Below, one piece after another: positions 8,114 through 18,717 of a stretch of 64,000 bases of DNA. This DNA comes from Sphingomonas sp. GTDB taxonomy: Bacteria > Pseudomonadota > Alphaproteobacteria > Sphingomonadales > Sphingomonadaceae. Each line of letters begins with the position of its first letter. Position 1 is the stretch's first letter. The stretch is from assembly GCF_036677245.1 (NCBI RefSeq), contig NZ_JAKFCG010000045.1, positions 4,839 through 68,838 of the forward strand, in the 5' to 3' direction. The notes beneath the pieces are model-generated. The model was not told where the DNA came from. It did not search any database and was given only the letters and a program-made list of their open reading frames with translations. The translations under genes were made by a program, and so were the position numbers.

Positions 8114-10021
8114 ATGCACCAATTGTTTCTTCTGCTCGCCGCCGGCACAGCGCCGGTTTCGCTCCCCGCCGACACCAGCGTGCCGATCGTCGTCACCGCT
8201 TCGCGCGAGCCGATCTCGCTCGGCGACGCTCCGGTTTCGGCAAGCCTGTTCGATCGCGAGACGCTCGACAGGCTCGCCTTTCCGCTGACTGGCGACATCC
8301 TGCGCCTCGTTCCCGGGGCCTCGGTCTCGACCTCCGGCCCCGCCGGCAGCCAGACCCAGCTTCGCATCCGCGGCGCCGAGGCCAACCACAGCCTGCTGTT
8401 CGTCGATGGCATCCGCTTCAACGATCCCGCGGCGGGCAACGAAGCGCGCTTCGAGCTTCTCACCAACGACAGTCTGTCGCGGATCGAGGTCGTGCGTGGG
8501 CCGCAATCGGCCTTGTGGGGCTCGGAGGCGCTCGGCGGCGTGGTCGCGGTCGATACCGCCGATCCGTTCGCCGGCACACGGCTGCGGGCAACCGGCGAAT
8601 ATGGCAGCCTCGACAGCCATCGCGCCGCCGGCCAATTCGCGGTCCGCGCCGGCGAGTTCGGGATCAGCGGCACCGGCACCTGGCTGGGCAGCGGCGGCGT
8701 GGATTCGGTCGGCGACGGCGGCGAGCGCGACGGCTTCGAGAACCGCTCGGCGAGCCTCAAGGCGGTGTTCAGGCCCGCGGCCGATGCCGAGGCGGGGGTC
8801 GCCGGCCTGTGGGTGGACGGCGACAGCGAATATGACGGGGTGGTCTGCGATGCGAACTTCGTCTGCCCGCACGCCAACACATTGGACGAGACCCGCAGCC
8901 GGATGTTCGCGCTGCGCGGCTGGGGCAAGGCGAGCACCGGCGGCACGCAGCCGTGGGACGTGTCGCTGAGCGCGAGCATTCTCGACAGCCGCAACCGCAA
9001 CCGGCTGGGAGACGATCCGGTCAACACCACCTGGGGGCAAAGATCGACGATCGGCGCGCAATCTTCGAAGCTTCTGAGTGCCGCCGGCGGCGCGCATCGC
9101 CTGACGGTGGCCATCGAGCATGAACGCGAGGATTTCCGGGCGCGCGACCAGCAATATTTCGGCGCTACCAATCAGGACCGGGAACGCAGCCTGACTGCTT
9201 ATGTGGCGGAATGGCGCGGCGAATGGGGCGATCGGCTGGCCGGTGGCGTCGCGCTGCGTCACGACGATTTCAGCGCGTTCGCCGATGCGACGACGTTGCG
9301 CGCGAACCTGCTCATCCGCTTCACCGAGCAGTGGAGCGTGCATGCCGCTTATGGCGAGGGCATCGCGCAGCCGACCTTCTACGACCTCTACGGTTTCTTC
9401 CCCGATTCCTTCATCGGCAACCCGAGCCTGCGTCCGGAGCATTCGGCCGGGTGGGAGGCAGGTCTGCGCTGGTCCCGAGGGGCGACCAATGTCGGCATCA
9501 CCGGTTTCACCAACCGGCTGAAGGACGAGATCGTCGATACGTTCGATCCGCAGACCTTCATCTCGAGCACCGCCAACGCGGACGGCAAAAGCCGGCGGCG
9601 CGGGGTCGAAATCGAGGCCCGGCACGGCTTTGGGGACGCCTGGACGTTCGCGTTCAATTATACCTATGTCGATGCCGACCAGCAGCGTTTCGTCGGCACG
9701 TCTGCGGTGCGCGAGCTGCGTCGGCCGAAGCACAGCGCGAATCTGTTCGCGCTCGGCCGGATCGGCCCGATCGATGTCGGCGCGAGCCTCGCTTATGTCG
9801 GCAAGCGCCGCGACACGGATTTCGACGTGGTGCCCGCGCGAGCCGTCTCGCTCGACGATTATCTGCTCGGGTCGCTCAATGTCGGTTGGGCGGTCACGCC
9901 GCGGATCACCGCCTATGCGCGGATGGAAAATGCGTTCGGTGTCGATTACGAGGATGTCGCGGGATACGAGACAGCGGGAAGGACGATCTATGCGGGCCTT
10001 CGTCTGCGCCTCGGCGATTAG
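8114..10021 (+). CDS. btuB: TonB-dependent cobalamin receptor
   Basis: IVVTASR TonB-box region, IRGAEANHSLLFVDG, RIEVVRGPQSALWGSEALGGVV plug motif; downstream of a B12 riboswitch. Confidence 0.88.
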   Translation: MHQLFLLLAAGTAPVSLPADTSVPIVVTASREPISLGDAPVSASLFDRETLDRLAFPLTGDILRLVPGASVSTSGPAGSQTQLRIRGAEANHSLLFVDGIRFNDPAAGNEARFELLTNDSLSRIEVVRGPQSALWGSEALGGVVAVDTADPFAGTRLRATGEYGSLDSHRAAGQFAVRAGEFGISGTGTWLGSGGVDSVGDGGERDGFENRSASLKAVFRPAADAEAGVAGLWVDGDSEYDGVVCDANFVCPHANTLDETRSRMFALRGWGKASTGGTQPWDVSLSASILDSRNRNRLGDDPVNTTWGQRSTIGAQSSKLLSAAGGAHRLTVAIEHEREDFRARDQQYFGATNQDRERSLTAYVAEWRGEWGDRLAGGVALRHDDFSAFADATTLRANLLIRFTEQWSVHAAYGEGIAQPTFYDLYGFFPDSFIGNPSLRPEHSAGWEAGLRWSRGATNVGITGFTNRLKDEIVDTFDPQTFISSTANADGKSRRRGVEIEARHGFGDAWTFAFNYTYVDADQQRFVGTSAVRELRRPKHSANLFALGRIGPIDVGASLAYVGKRRDTDFDVVPARAVSLDDYLLGSLNVGWAVTPRITAYARMENAFGVDYEDVAGYETAGRTIYAGLRLRLGD

Positions 10022-10829
10022 CCTCGCGCCAATCCTCGCGCTGGCTCCTTTGGCCCAGGCGGCCGGCGCACCCCCTGACGCGGCGGGCTCGGGCGGTGCG
10101 CCCGCGCCGCGGCGGGTCGTGTCGCTCAAGCTCTGCACCGACGAGCTGTTGCTGATGCTTGCCCGTCCCGAGCAGATCGCCTCTGTCACCTATCTGTCGC
10201 AGGAGCCGCACGAAACGCCCTTATGGGCCGAGGGCCGCCGTCATCGCAAGAATGACGGCAGCCTGCTCTCGGTGGCGGCGCTCGCGCCCGATCTGGTGCT
10301 CGACATGGGCGGCGGCGGCCGCGACACGGTGCGGATCGCGCAGCGCCTCGGCATGCGGCTGCTGACCCTCCCCTACCCGCGCACGCTCGGCGACGTCGAG
10401 CAATCGGTGCGCGCGGTCGCCGCGGCGCTGCACCGGCCGGCAGCGGGGGAGCGGCTGGTCGCGGGCATCGAGCAGTTGAAGCGCAGCGCGCCGCCGCCGC
10501 GGATCGAGGCGATGTGGCTCGGCGGCGGCGGGCGCAGCGTCGCCCCGGACAGCCTCGCCGCCCAATGGATGGCGCTGGCCGGGCTGAAGCAGATCGCGCT
10601 GCAAGGCGACAGGGTGACGCTCGAGCAATTGCTCGTGCGACCGCCGAGGCTGTTGCTCAAGAGCGTATATCGCTCCGGCCAATATTCGTCCGAGCAGCGC
10701 TGGCTCGCTCATCCTTTGGTTGCCAAGCGGCCGATCGCGACGATCGCCACGGACGGCCGGCGCTGGACCTGCATGGGGCCGCCGATGATCTCCGAGACGC
10801 TACGGCTGCGCCGTCTGGTCCGCCGATGA
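9990..10829 (+). CDS. Cobalamin ABC transporter periplasmic binding protein (BtuF-like)
   Basis: Signal peptide, RRVVSLKLCTDELL, PDLVL; operon context. Confidence 0.8.
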   Translation: MRAFVCASAISLAPILALAPLAQAAGAPPDAAGSGGAPAPRRVVSLKLCTDELLLMLARPEQIASVTYLSQEPHETPLWAEGRRHRKNDGSLLSVAALAPDLVLDMGGGGRDTVRIAQRLGMRLLTLPYPRTLGDVEQSVRAVAAALHRPAAGERLVAGIEQLKRSAPPPRIEAMWLGGGGRSVAPDSLAAQWMALAGLKQIALQGDRVTLEQLLVRPPRLLLKSVYRSGQYSSEQRWLAHPLVAKRPIATIATDGRRWTCMGPPMISETLRLRRLVRR

Positions 10830-11794
10830 GCCTCCGGCTGCTTTCGCTATTGCTCGCGTTGCTGATCGCGGCCGCCCTGCTGTCGCTTGCGCTGCCGTGG
10901 CCGCCGCTGCGCGACCTGCTCGGCCGGGATCAGGGTCTCGCCGCGACGATCATCCTCGAGATCCGGCTGCCGCGAACCGTGCTCGCATTGCTCTATGGTG
11001 GGATATTGGGGGCGTCGGGTGCCGCCATCCAGGCGCTGTTCGCCAACCCGCTTGCGTCGCCCGATCTGACCGGCACGACCAGCGGCGCCGCGCTCGGGGC
11101 GGTGGTGACCGCCTATCTGTTCGGCTTTTCCGCGCCGCTCGCTTTATCGGCGGGAGCGGTCGGCGGCGCGTTCGGCGCGCTGCTGCTGCTGCTCGCCCTC
11201 GCCGGGCCCCGCGCCGAGACCGCGACCTTGTTGCTCGCCGGGCTCGCGATCAGCGCCCTTGCCGGCGCGCTGACCACTTTGGCGCTGGCGCTCTCGCCCT
11301 CCCCGTTCGCTTTCTACGACGCCTACGAATGGCTGATGGGCTCGCTGGTCGACCGCAGCCTCGACCAGGCGGCGTTCGCCGCGGTTCCAGCGATCATCTC
11401 GGCCGCGCTGCTGCTGCGGCTCGCGGGTCCGCTCGACTCGCTGACGCTCGGCGAGGAAGTCGCCCAATCGCTCGGCCACGACGTCCGCCGGCTGCGCCTC
11501 GAGACGATCTGCCTCACTGCTTTGGGGGTCGGCGCCTGCGTCGCGGTGTGCGGCGCGGTCGGGTTCATTGGCCTGGTCGCGCCAGTCTTCGCGCGCCGGC
11601 TCGGCGGCGGCCACCCCGGCCGCGCGATCGGCCCGGCATGCGTGATCGGAGCGCTGCTGCTGCTCGGCGCGGACATGATCTCGCGCATCGCCCCGGTCGG
11701 CCGCGTGCTGCCGCTTGGCGTGATCACTGCGCTGCTCGGCGCGCCCTTCTTCCTCTGGCTGGTCGCGCACATGCGGTGGAGGCTGAGCCGATGA
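10826..11794 (+). CDS. FecCD/BtuC-family ABC permease
   Basis: EIRLPR, QALFANPLASPD, LTLGEEVAQSLG, GFIGLVAP, GAPFFLWL; ATGA overlap. Confidence 0.88.
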   Translation: MSLRLLSLLLALLIAAALLSLALPWPPLRDLLGRDQGLAATIILEIRLPRTVLALLYGGILGASGAAIQALFANPLASPDLTGTTSGAALGAVVTAYLFGFSAPLALSAGAVGGAFGALLLLLALAGPRAETATLLLAGLAISALAGALTTLALALSPSPFAFYDAYEWLMGSLVDRSLDQAAFAAVPAIISAALLLRLAGPLDSLTLGEEVAQSLGHDVRRLRLETICLTALGVGACVAVCGAVGFIGLVAPVFARRLGGGHPGRAIGPACVIGALLLLGADMISRIAPVGRVLPLGVITALLGAPFFLWLVAHMRWRLSR

Positions 11795-12516
11795 ACGCGC
11801 TCGAGGCTTACGATGTGGTGGCGAGCGGCATCGCGCTGCCGGGCCGCCTCGATCCCACCTCGATCACCTTGAGGCCGGGCGAGCTCACCTGCATGATCGG
11901 CCCCAACGGCAGCGGCAAGACCAGCCTGCTCCACGCTTTGGCCGGCATCGGCCACCCACGCGGCGAGGTGCGGATCGGCGGGATCGATCCGCACAGCCTC
12001 CCGCCGGCGCTGCGCAGCGCCTATCTCGCTTATTTGCCGGCGACCCGCGACATCGCCTGGCCGCTGATCGCGCGCGATCTCGTCGCGCTCGGCGATCCCG
12101 GGGCGCGCGACGCGGGCAAGGTGGAAAAGGTGCTCGCGCAGCTCGGGCTCGATCATGTCGCCGACCGCCGGCTCGACCGGCTCTCGACCGGCGAGCGAAG
12201 CCGGGTCCTGCTTGCACGGGCGCTGGTCGCGGGATCGCGCCTGCTGCTGCTCGACGAGCCGACCGCCAATCTCGACCCATTGTGGCAATATCGCGCGATC
12301 GACCATGTCCAGCATCTCGCCCGGCGCGAGCGCCGCGTCGTGCTGGTCGCGCTCCATGATCTCGACATTGCCGCGCGTTGCGCCGACCGCCTGCTGATCA
12401 TGAACGACGGGCGGCTCGCGGCGGACGGACCGCCGCACCAGTTGCTCGACAGCCCGATCATGGCATCGGTGTTCGGGATCGTCCGCAGCGCGGACGGGTG
12501 GCGTCCGTCAGGCTGA
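11791..12516 (+). CDS. BtuD/FecE-family ABC ATPase
   Basis: GPNGSGKT, LSTGE, LLLDEPTANLD, HDL. Confidence 0.9.
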   Translation: MNALEAYDVVASGIALPGRLDPTSITLRPGELTCMIGPNGSGKTSLLHALAGIGHPRGEVRIGGIDPHSLPPALRSAYLAYLPATRDIAWPLIARDLVALGDPGARDAGKVEKVLAQLGLDHVADRRLDRLSTGERSRVLLARALVAGSRLLLLDEPTANLDPLWQYRAIDHVQHLARRERRVVLVALHDLDIAARCADRLLIMNDGRLAADGPPHQLLDSPIMASVFGIVRSADGWRPSG

Positions 12517-12535
12517 CCAGATCAGGCTGAGCGGG

Positions 12536-13027
12536 TCAGCTCGACGCAGCCGAGGGCGATGGCGGGTCGGCGATCATCGCCGTGAAATTGGCTTCGCAGG
12601 CCAAATTGCCGTCGACCAGCGCGCGCCCGGCGAACTTGCAGACGCGTGTCCGCATCTGGACGAATTCGACCTCCAGCCGGAGCAGGCAACCGGGCTCGAC
12701 GGGAGCGCGGAACTTGGCGCCCTCGATCGCCATGAAATAGACCAGCTTGCCCGAGCCGGAGAGCCCGAGCGACTCGACGGCGAGCACGCCGGCGGCCTGC
12801 GCTAGTGCCTCGACGATCAGCACTCCGGGCATGATCGGCCGCCCCGGAAAATGACCCTGGAAAAAGCCCTCGTTGATCGTCACCGCCTTGATCGCGGCGA
12901 TCGACTGGTTGGGGATCAGCGTCTCGACCCGGTCGACGAGCAGCATCGGGTAGCGATGCGGCAGTGCCGCCATCACCCGCTGGACGTCGAGCGGACCGAT
13001 GGCGCCGCCTTCGGCCTCGGCGCTCAC
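12536..13027 (-). CDS. fabZ: 3-hydroxyacyl-ACP dehydratase
   Basis: [35 protein letters not shown]; GTG start. Confidence 0.96.
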   Translation of the reverse strand: MSAEAEGGAIGPLDVQRVMAALPHRYPMLLVDRVETLIPNQSIAAIKAVTINEGFFQGHFPGRPIMPGVLIVEALAQAAGVLAVESLGLSGSGKLVYFMAIEGAKFRAPVEPGCLLRLEVEFVQMRTRVCKFAGRALVDGNLACEANFTAMIADPPSPSAASS

Positions 13028-13034
13028 CTCTCGA

Positions 13035-13628
13035 TCACCGCCCCTGAGGCTGCTGCGCGTTCGCCGGCGCCGCGGGCGCGGTGACGCTGACGCTGGTGAG
13101 CTGCTGGTTGAGCTGGGCCAGAACGTCGTTGGTGACGTCGATCGACGGCGAGGTCGCGAGCGTCGCCTGCATGTCGACCGCGATGTTCGCACCACGGCTC
13201 TGCATCACCGACTTGATGATCGGATCGAGCTTGGCGTTGATCTGCTGCGCGACATATTGCTGGTTGCGCTGGATCGTCGCCTGGCGGTTCTGCAGCTCCT
13301 GGTTGGCGGTGTTCTGCCGCGCCTGGAACGCCTGGATGCGCCCCTGAAGCGCCGCGTCGGGCGCCTTTCCGCCAAGCGCCTTCAGCGTATTCTCGAGCGA
13401 CTGCCCCTCGGTCTGGATCGGCTGGCCGAGCTGCTGGGCGCGCTGGCGGGCCTGATCGACCTGCTGCTGAAGCTGCGTCTGCGCCGTCCTGCAGGCGTTG
13501 CATTCGCGGAAGATGCGGGCGGTGTCGATGACGGCGACGACCGCCGCGCCGAGACGCTGTGCGGGCGCGGATGCCGGAACGGCGATGGCGAGGGCGGCGA
13601 AGGCCGTCCCAAAGACGAGTTTGTTCAT
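13035..13628 (-). CDS. skp: Skp/OmpH periplasmic chaperone
   Basis: Signal peptide, VAVID, Gln-rich coiled coil, DVTNDVL; lies between bamA and fabZ. Confidence 0.85.
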   Translation of the reverse strand: MNKLVFGTAFAALAIAVPASAPAQRLGAAVVAVIDTARIFRECNACRTAQTQLQQQVDQARQRAQQLGQPIQTEGQSLENTLKALGGKAPDAALQGRIQAFQARQNTANQELQNRQATIQRNQQYVAQQINAKLDPIIKSVMQSRGANIAVDMQATLATSPSIDVTNDVLAQLNQQLTSVSVTAPAAPANAQQPQGR

Positions 13629-16270
13629 CAGAATGCGGTTCCTACGTTGAACGTGATCAATTTCGTGTCGTCGCCGTCAACCTTTACCAGCGCCTTGGCT
13701 ATATCGATCCTGAACGGACCGAACGGCGAGTTCCAGTTGACGCCGAAGCCGACCGAGACGCGCGGCTTCGGTGAATCGCCGAGATAATCTTCGTCGAAGA
13801 ACGAATTGAGGCCGAGGGCCGTCCCCGCCGGGCAGCTGGCACCGTCGGGGAGTGGCGCAGCGCTGCCGTTGGGCGCGACGCAGACCCTGAACGGCTCGTT
13901 GGTGATGGGGTCCCTGAGGCCGAACACCGCGCCGGCATCGACGAACACCGACGGCCGCAGGCCGAGCTCGCGGCCGCCCGAGCCGAGCGGAATCTCGAGC
14001 TCGAGATGGCCGACGTAATAAGCGCGGCCGCCAAGCGCGTCGTCGACCACATTATTGTCGTCGGTGTTGCGCACGATGTTGCCGGCGCCGTCGAGGCTGA
14101 CCTGGAAGCGCTGGACCCGGGGCCCGACGCCGCGAATCGCGAAGCCGCGCATTTGCGGCTCGCCAAGGAAGAAGCGGTCGGTCAGGCGCACCGCATCATT
14201 GCCCGGCGAACGGTCATTCTCGAAACTATGGATGTAGCCGCCCTCGGCCCGCGTCGAGAAGATGAATCCGCTGTCGCCGATGCCCCAATATTTGGCGCCG
14301 CTGACGCGCGTGCGCAGATATTTGACGTCGCCGCCGAGCCCCGCGACGTCCTGGCTGAGCGAGAGCTGCTCGCCGGCCGACGGCCGCAGGCGGTTGTTGA
14401 GCGTATCGTAGACCAAAGAGTAGCCGACCGAAGAGGTCAGGCGATTGCCGATCGCGTCGCACAGATAACGGCCGGCCTTGAGCGGATCGCAGACGCCGTT
14501 GGTGAAGAACAGATCCTCGTCGAGCGAGACCTCGTCATAATTGAGGCCGTAGCGCAGCTGCAGCGACATATATTCGGTCAGCGGCACGCCGACGCGAAGC
14601 TGGCCGCCGGTCGTGATCTGTTCATAGGTCTCGTTACGATCGTTGCCGATGTAATTGAAACTATTGTAGTCGCGCCGGTAGACGCTGCCGCCGAGCGCGA
14701 TGTTGCGATCGAACAGATAGGGTTCGGTAAAGCCGAGCTCGATCGACTTGGAATAGCTCGAATAATTGACGCCCGCGGTCAAGGTCTGGCCCTTGCCCAT
14801 GAAGTTGCGCTGGGTGATCGACAGATTGACCAGGAAGCGCTCGAGGCTCGAGAAGCCGGCCGAGACCTGGAGCTCGCCGGTCGAGCGTTCCTCCGCGTTG
14901 ACCGCGAGGATGACGCGATCGGGAGACGAACCCGGCTGCTGCTCGATCTCGAGATTCTCCTGGAAGAAGCCGAGCGACTGGATGCGGTCGCGCGAGCGCT
15001 TGACCCGCACGCTGTTGAACGGATCGCCTTCGGCGAGGCGGAACTCGCGACGCACCACCTTGTCACGGGTTGCGGTGTTGCCGTTGATGTCGACGCGCTC
15101 GACATAGACCCTCGGCGCATCGGCGATCTGGAACGTCACGGACATCGTCCGCGCATCCTTGTCGCGATTGAAATTGGGGCGGACGTCGGCGAATGCATAG
15201 CCGTAGAGGCCGGCCGCCTCGTTGATCGAGGTGACGGTGTCCTCGATCTTCTTGGCGTTGTACCAGTCACCCTTCTCGAATGGCACGAGGCGTTGCACCG
15301 CTTCCGGCTTGAGGTCGCGGATCTCGCTCTCGACATTGACGTCGCCGAACTTGTAGCGTTCGCCTTCCTCGACCACGTACGTGATCACGAAATCGCGCTT
15401 GTCGGGCGTCAGCTCCGCGACCGCGGAGACGACGCGGAAATCGGCATAGCCCTCGGTCAGATAGAATTGGCGCAGCTTCTGCTGGTCATAGGCCAGCCGA
15501 TCGGGATCGTAGCCGTCGCTCGAGCTGAAGAAGCGGAACAGGCGCGACTGCTTGGTCGCCATCTGCGAGCGCAGGTCGCTGTCCGAGAATTCCTCGTTGC
15601 CGAGCACGTTGATCTGGCGGACCTTGGATTTGGGACCCTCGTTGATCTCGAACACCAGGTCGACGCGATTCTGGTCGAGCTGGACGATCTTGGGCTCGAC
15701 CTCGGCCGCGAAACGGCCCTGCCGGCGATAGAGCTCGATGATCCGCGCCACGTCCGCCCGGACCTTCGAGCGGGTGAAGATCTGACGCGGTGCGAGCTTG
15801 ATCTCGGGATTGATCTTGTCTTCCTTGAGGCGCTTGTTGCCCTCGAGGATGATGCGGTTGATCACCGGATTCTCGCGCACCTGGACGACGATGTTGCCGG
15901 TGTCGGCGCCGCTGATCACCACGTCGGCGAACAATTCGGTCTCGTAGAGCGCCCTCAGCGCCGCATCGAGCCGCTCGCGGTCATAGGGCTCGCCGACCCG
16001 CAGCGGCATGTAGGAAATGACCGTCTCGGGCTCGAGGCGCTGATTGCCGACGACGGCGATCGTGCGGATCGTCCCTGCCATTGCCGGGGCCGGTGCGGCA
16101 GTCGCCGCAGCCGGGGCGGCGGTCTCCGGCGCGCTGGTGGCCGGCGCGGCCGCTTCGGCGGCAGGCTGCGTCGCGGCGTCCTGCGCGACCGCAGGCGCCG
16201 AAAGCGCGCCCAAGCTGCTGCCGACGAGCAATGCCGAGCAAAGGCGGCGGCTGTTGGAAAATGATCTCAT
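13628..16270 (-). CDS. bamA: Outer membrane protein assembly factor BamA
   Basis: POTRA motifs (GNQRLEPETV, GNTATRDKVVRRE), MRGF motif, WNSPFGP, terminal F. Confidence 0.97.
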   Translation of the reverse strand: MRSFSNSRRLCSALLVGSSLGALSAPAVAQDAATQPAAEAAAPATSAPETAAPAAATAAPAPAMAGTIRTIAVVGNQRLEPETVISYMPLRVGEPYDRERLDAALRALYETELFADVVISGADTGNIVVQVRENPVINRIILEGNKRLKEDKINPEIKLAPRQIFTRSKVRADVARIIELYRRQGRFAAEVEPKIVQLDQNRVDLVFEINEGPKSKVRQINVLGNEEFSDSDLRSQMATKQSRLFRFFSSSDGYDPDRLAYDQQKLRQFYLTEGYADFRVVSAVAELTPDKRDFVITYVVEEGERYKFGDVNVESEIRDLKPEAVQRLVPFEKGDWYNAKKIEDTVTSINEAAGLYGYAFADVRPNFNRDKDARTMSVTFQIADAPRVYVERVDINGNTATRDKVVRREFRLAEGDPFNSVRVKRSRDRIQSLGFFQENLEIEQQPGSSPDRVILAVNAEERSTGELQVSAGFSSLERFLVNLSITQRNFMGKGQTLTAGVNYSSYSKSIELGFTEPYLFDRNIALGGSVYRRDYNSFNYIGNDRNETYEQITTGGQLRVGVPLTEYMSLQLRYGLNYDEVSLDEDLFFTNGVCDPLKAGRYLCDAIGNRLTSSVGYSLVYDTLNNRLRPSAGEQLSLSQDVAGLGGDVKYLRTRVSGAKYWGIGDSGFIFSTRAEGGYIHSFENDRSPGNDAVRLTDRFFLGEPQMRGFAIRGVGPRVQRFQVSLDGAGNIVRNTDDNNVVDDALGGRAYYVGHLELEIPLGSGGRELGLRPSVFVDAGAVFGLRDPITNEPFRVCVAPNGSAAPLPDGASCPAGTALGLNSFFDEDYLGDSPKPRVSVGFGVNWNSPFGPFRIDIAKALVKVDGDDTKLITFNVGTAF

Positions 16271-16379
16271 CGGCTGCACGCGTCCCCGCCCTTCATATTC
16301 CAGCCGCCGTAGGCGCGGCCGTTCAACGCACTCTTTGGGCCAGTTTGACCCACTCACTGCCAGCCCTGCCTCAACACGC

Positions 16380-17513
16380 TCAGCCGATCAACCCGCCAAG
16401 CCCTTTCCAGAGCCCAAAAGACGCCAGATCGTTGAAGGTGACGAAGATCATCAATGCCAGCAATGCGGTCAGGCCGGCCTTGAACGCCCACTCCATCGCC
16501 TGCGGGTTGACCGGCTTACGCCGCACACCCTCGATCGTGTAGAAAAGCAGGTGGCCGCCATCGAGCAGCGGGATTGGCAAGAGGTTGATGAATCCCAGAT
16601 TAATCGAGATGACCGCCATCAACCAGACGAACGGCAGCCAGCCCAGGGTGGCCTGCTGTCCCGAGACCTGCGCAATCTTGAGCGGCCCGCCGAGCTCCTT
16701 GACCGACCTCTGCCCCTGAAGCAGCTGCCCCATCGTGACGACGATCGCCTCGACCGTGTCGCACGTCTTGGCAAAGGCCCGCCCCAGCAGCTGCGACGGC
16801 GGCAGCTTCGCGAACGCGATCATGCCGGATTGCACGCCCAATCTGCCCGCGCGCGCCTTGTTGCCGAAGGAATCGGAGAGCTCGATCGAGCCGATCGTCA
16901 CCGGCAGCCGCAAATGCGCGCTGCCGCGCTGCACCACGAGCTCGGTGGTCTGTCCCGGGCGCAGCATCGCATATTCGCCGAGCTCGGCGAACGTGCTGAT
17001 CTCCCGCCCGCCGATCGCACGGATATGGTCGCCGGGACGAACGCCGGCGCGTTGCGCTGCGCTGCCGGCTTCGACGGCGGTGACGACCGCGGGTGTCGTC
17101 GGATAGCCCACCACTGCAAAGATGCCGACGAACAGCAGCACCGCGAACAGAAAGTTGGTCAGCGGCCCGGCCAGCACGATCAGGAAACGCTGCCACACCG
17201 GCTTGGCCTGGAAGGTCTGCGCGCGCTCGGCCGGCGGCAGCGCCAGCCAGGCGTCGGTGGGTTGGCTGGCGGGGTTCATGTCACCGGCGAACTTCACATA
17301 GCCGCCGAGCGGCAGCCAGGCGAGCTTCCAGCGGGTGCCTCTTTTGTCGGTCCAGCCCATGATCTGGCGGCCGAAGCCGATCGAGAAGACTTCGGCTTTC
17401 ACCCCGAACCAGCGCCCGACGAAATAATGGCCGAGCTCGTGGATGAAGACGAGCGGGCCGATGATCAGCAGGAAGCTCAGGGCCATGAAACCCAGGCCGG
17501 GACTCTCGAGCAT
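16380..17513 (-). CDS. rseP: RIP metalloprotease RseP
   Basis: HELGH, PLGGYV, PDZ domain, NLLPIPLLDGG. Confidence 0.95.
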   Translation of the reverse strand: MLESPGLGFMALSFLLIIGPLVFIHELGHYFVGRWFGVKAEVFSIGFGRQIMGWTDKRGTRWKLAWLPLGGYVKFAGDMNPASQPTDAWLALPPAERAQTFQAKPVWQRFLIVLAGPLTNFLFAVLLFVGIFAVVGYPTTPAVVTAVEAGSAAQRAGVRPGDHIRAIGGREISTFAELGEYAMLRPGQTTELVVQRGSAHLRLPVTIGSIELSDSFGNKARAGRLGVQSGMIAFAKLPPSQLLGRAFAKTCDTVEAIVVTMGQLLQGQRSVKELGGPLKIAQVSGQQATLGWLPFVWLMAVISINLGFINLLPIPLLDGGHLLFYTIEGVRRKPVNPQAMEWAFKAGLTALLALMIFVTFNDLASFGLWKGLGGLIG

Positions 17514-18670
17514 TAGACCAACACCCTTTCCACTGCCCGCTGTGCACGTTCGCGCGCCTGGCGATCGACTTCGAGCACGTCGTCGAGCGAAACGGGCGCG
17601 GGAGGATCGAAGCTTTCGAGAATTTCACGTGCGATTGCAGCAATATCGAGGAAGCCGATGCCATTGTCCAGAAATGATGCGACCGCGACCTCGTTGGCGG
17701 CGCTGAGCACCGCCGGCTTGGCCCCGCCAGCGCGCAGCGCCTCCCTGGCGAGGCCGAGCGCGGGAAAGCGCTCGAGGTCGGGGGCTTCGAAGTCGAGCGC
17801 TCCAACCTTGACCAGGTCGAGCCGCTCGCATGGCGTCTCCATCCGCTCGGGCCAGGCCAAAGTATGCGCGATCGGGATGCGCATGTCCGGCGCGCCAAGC
17901 TGGGCGAGCACCGATCCGTCGACATATTCGACCAGGCTGTGAACGACCGACTGCGGGTGGACGACGACATCGAATGCGTCGGCCGCGAGCGGGAACAGAT
18001 GAAAAGCTTCGATCAGCTCGAGGCCCTTGTTCATCAAGGTGGCTGAATCGACCGAGATCTTCGCGCCCATCGACCAATTCGGGTGCGCGATCGCCGCTGC
18101 TGGCGTGGCAGTCCGCATCTCCTCGAGGGTCGCGCGGCGAAAAGGGCCGCCGCTCGCCGTCAGGGTCACCCGCCGCACTGCACCCGGGCGCGCTTCGTCG
18201 AAGCATTGGAAGATCGCATTATGCTCGGAATCGACCGGCAGGATCTTGGCGCCGCCGGCCTGCGCGGCGCGAGTCATGATCTCGCCCGCCGACACCAGCG
18301 CTTCCTTGTTGGCGAGCGCGAGCGTGCCGCCTTGCTCGAGCGCCTTCATCGCCGGCCGCAGGCCTGCGAAGCCGACGATCGCCGCCATCGTCCAGTCGGC
18401 ACCGGACGCAGCGGCTTCGATGATGGCGGCGTCGCCCGCCGCAGCTTCAATGCCCGAGCCGGACAGCGCATCCTGCAATGCGCGATAGGCCGCGGGATCG
18501 GCGATCACCGCGCGCCGTGCCCCCACCCGCCGTGCGGCAGCGGCAAGGCCGGCGACATCGCGGTGAGCGGTGAGCGCCATCACCTCGAAGCGATCGCGGT
18601 TGCGGGCGACCAGGTCGAGCGTCGATTGCCCGACCGAGCCGGTTGCCCCGAGGATCACGATCGTGCGCAT
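17513..18670 (-). CDS. dxr: 1-deoxy-D-xylulose-5-phosphate reductoisomerase
   Basis: LGATGSVG, LANKE, LPVDSEH, HPNWSMGAKISVDSATLMNKGLE; alternative GTG start at 18721. Confidence 0.97.
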   Translation of the reverse strand: MRTIVILGATGSVGQSTLDLVARNRDRFEVMALTAHRDVAGLAAAARRVGARRAVIADPAAYRALQDALSGSGIEAAAGDAAIIEAAASGADWTMAAIVGFAGLRPAMKALEQGGTLALANKEALVSAGEIMTRAAQAGGAKILPVDSEHNAIFQCFDEARPGAVRRVTLTASGGPFRRATLEEMRTATPAAAIAHPNWSMGAKISVDSATLMNKGLELIEAFHLFPLAADAFDVVVHPQSVVHSLVEYVDGSVLAQLGAPDMRIPIAHTLAWPERMETPCERLDLVKVGALDFEAPDLERFPALGLAREALRAGGAKPAVLSAANEVAVASFLDNGIGFLDIAAIAREILESFDPPAPVSLDDVLEVDRQARERAQRAVERVLV

Positions 18671-18717
18671 GCGGCCCTCGTCCCGGCCCCTGCCGGGCCC
18701 GCCGCCCTCGGCGCGGC

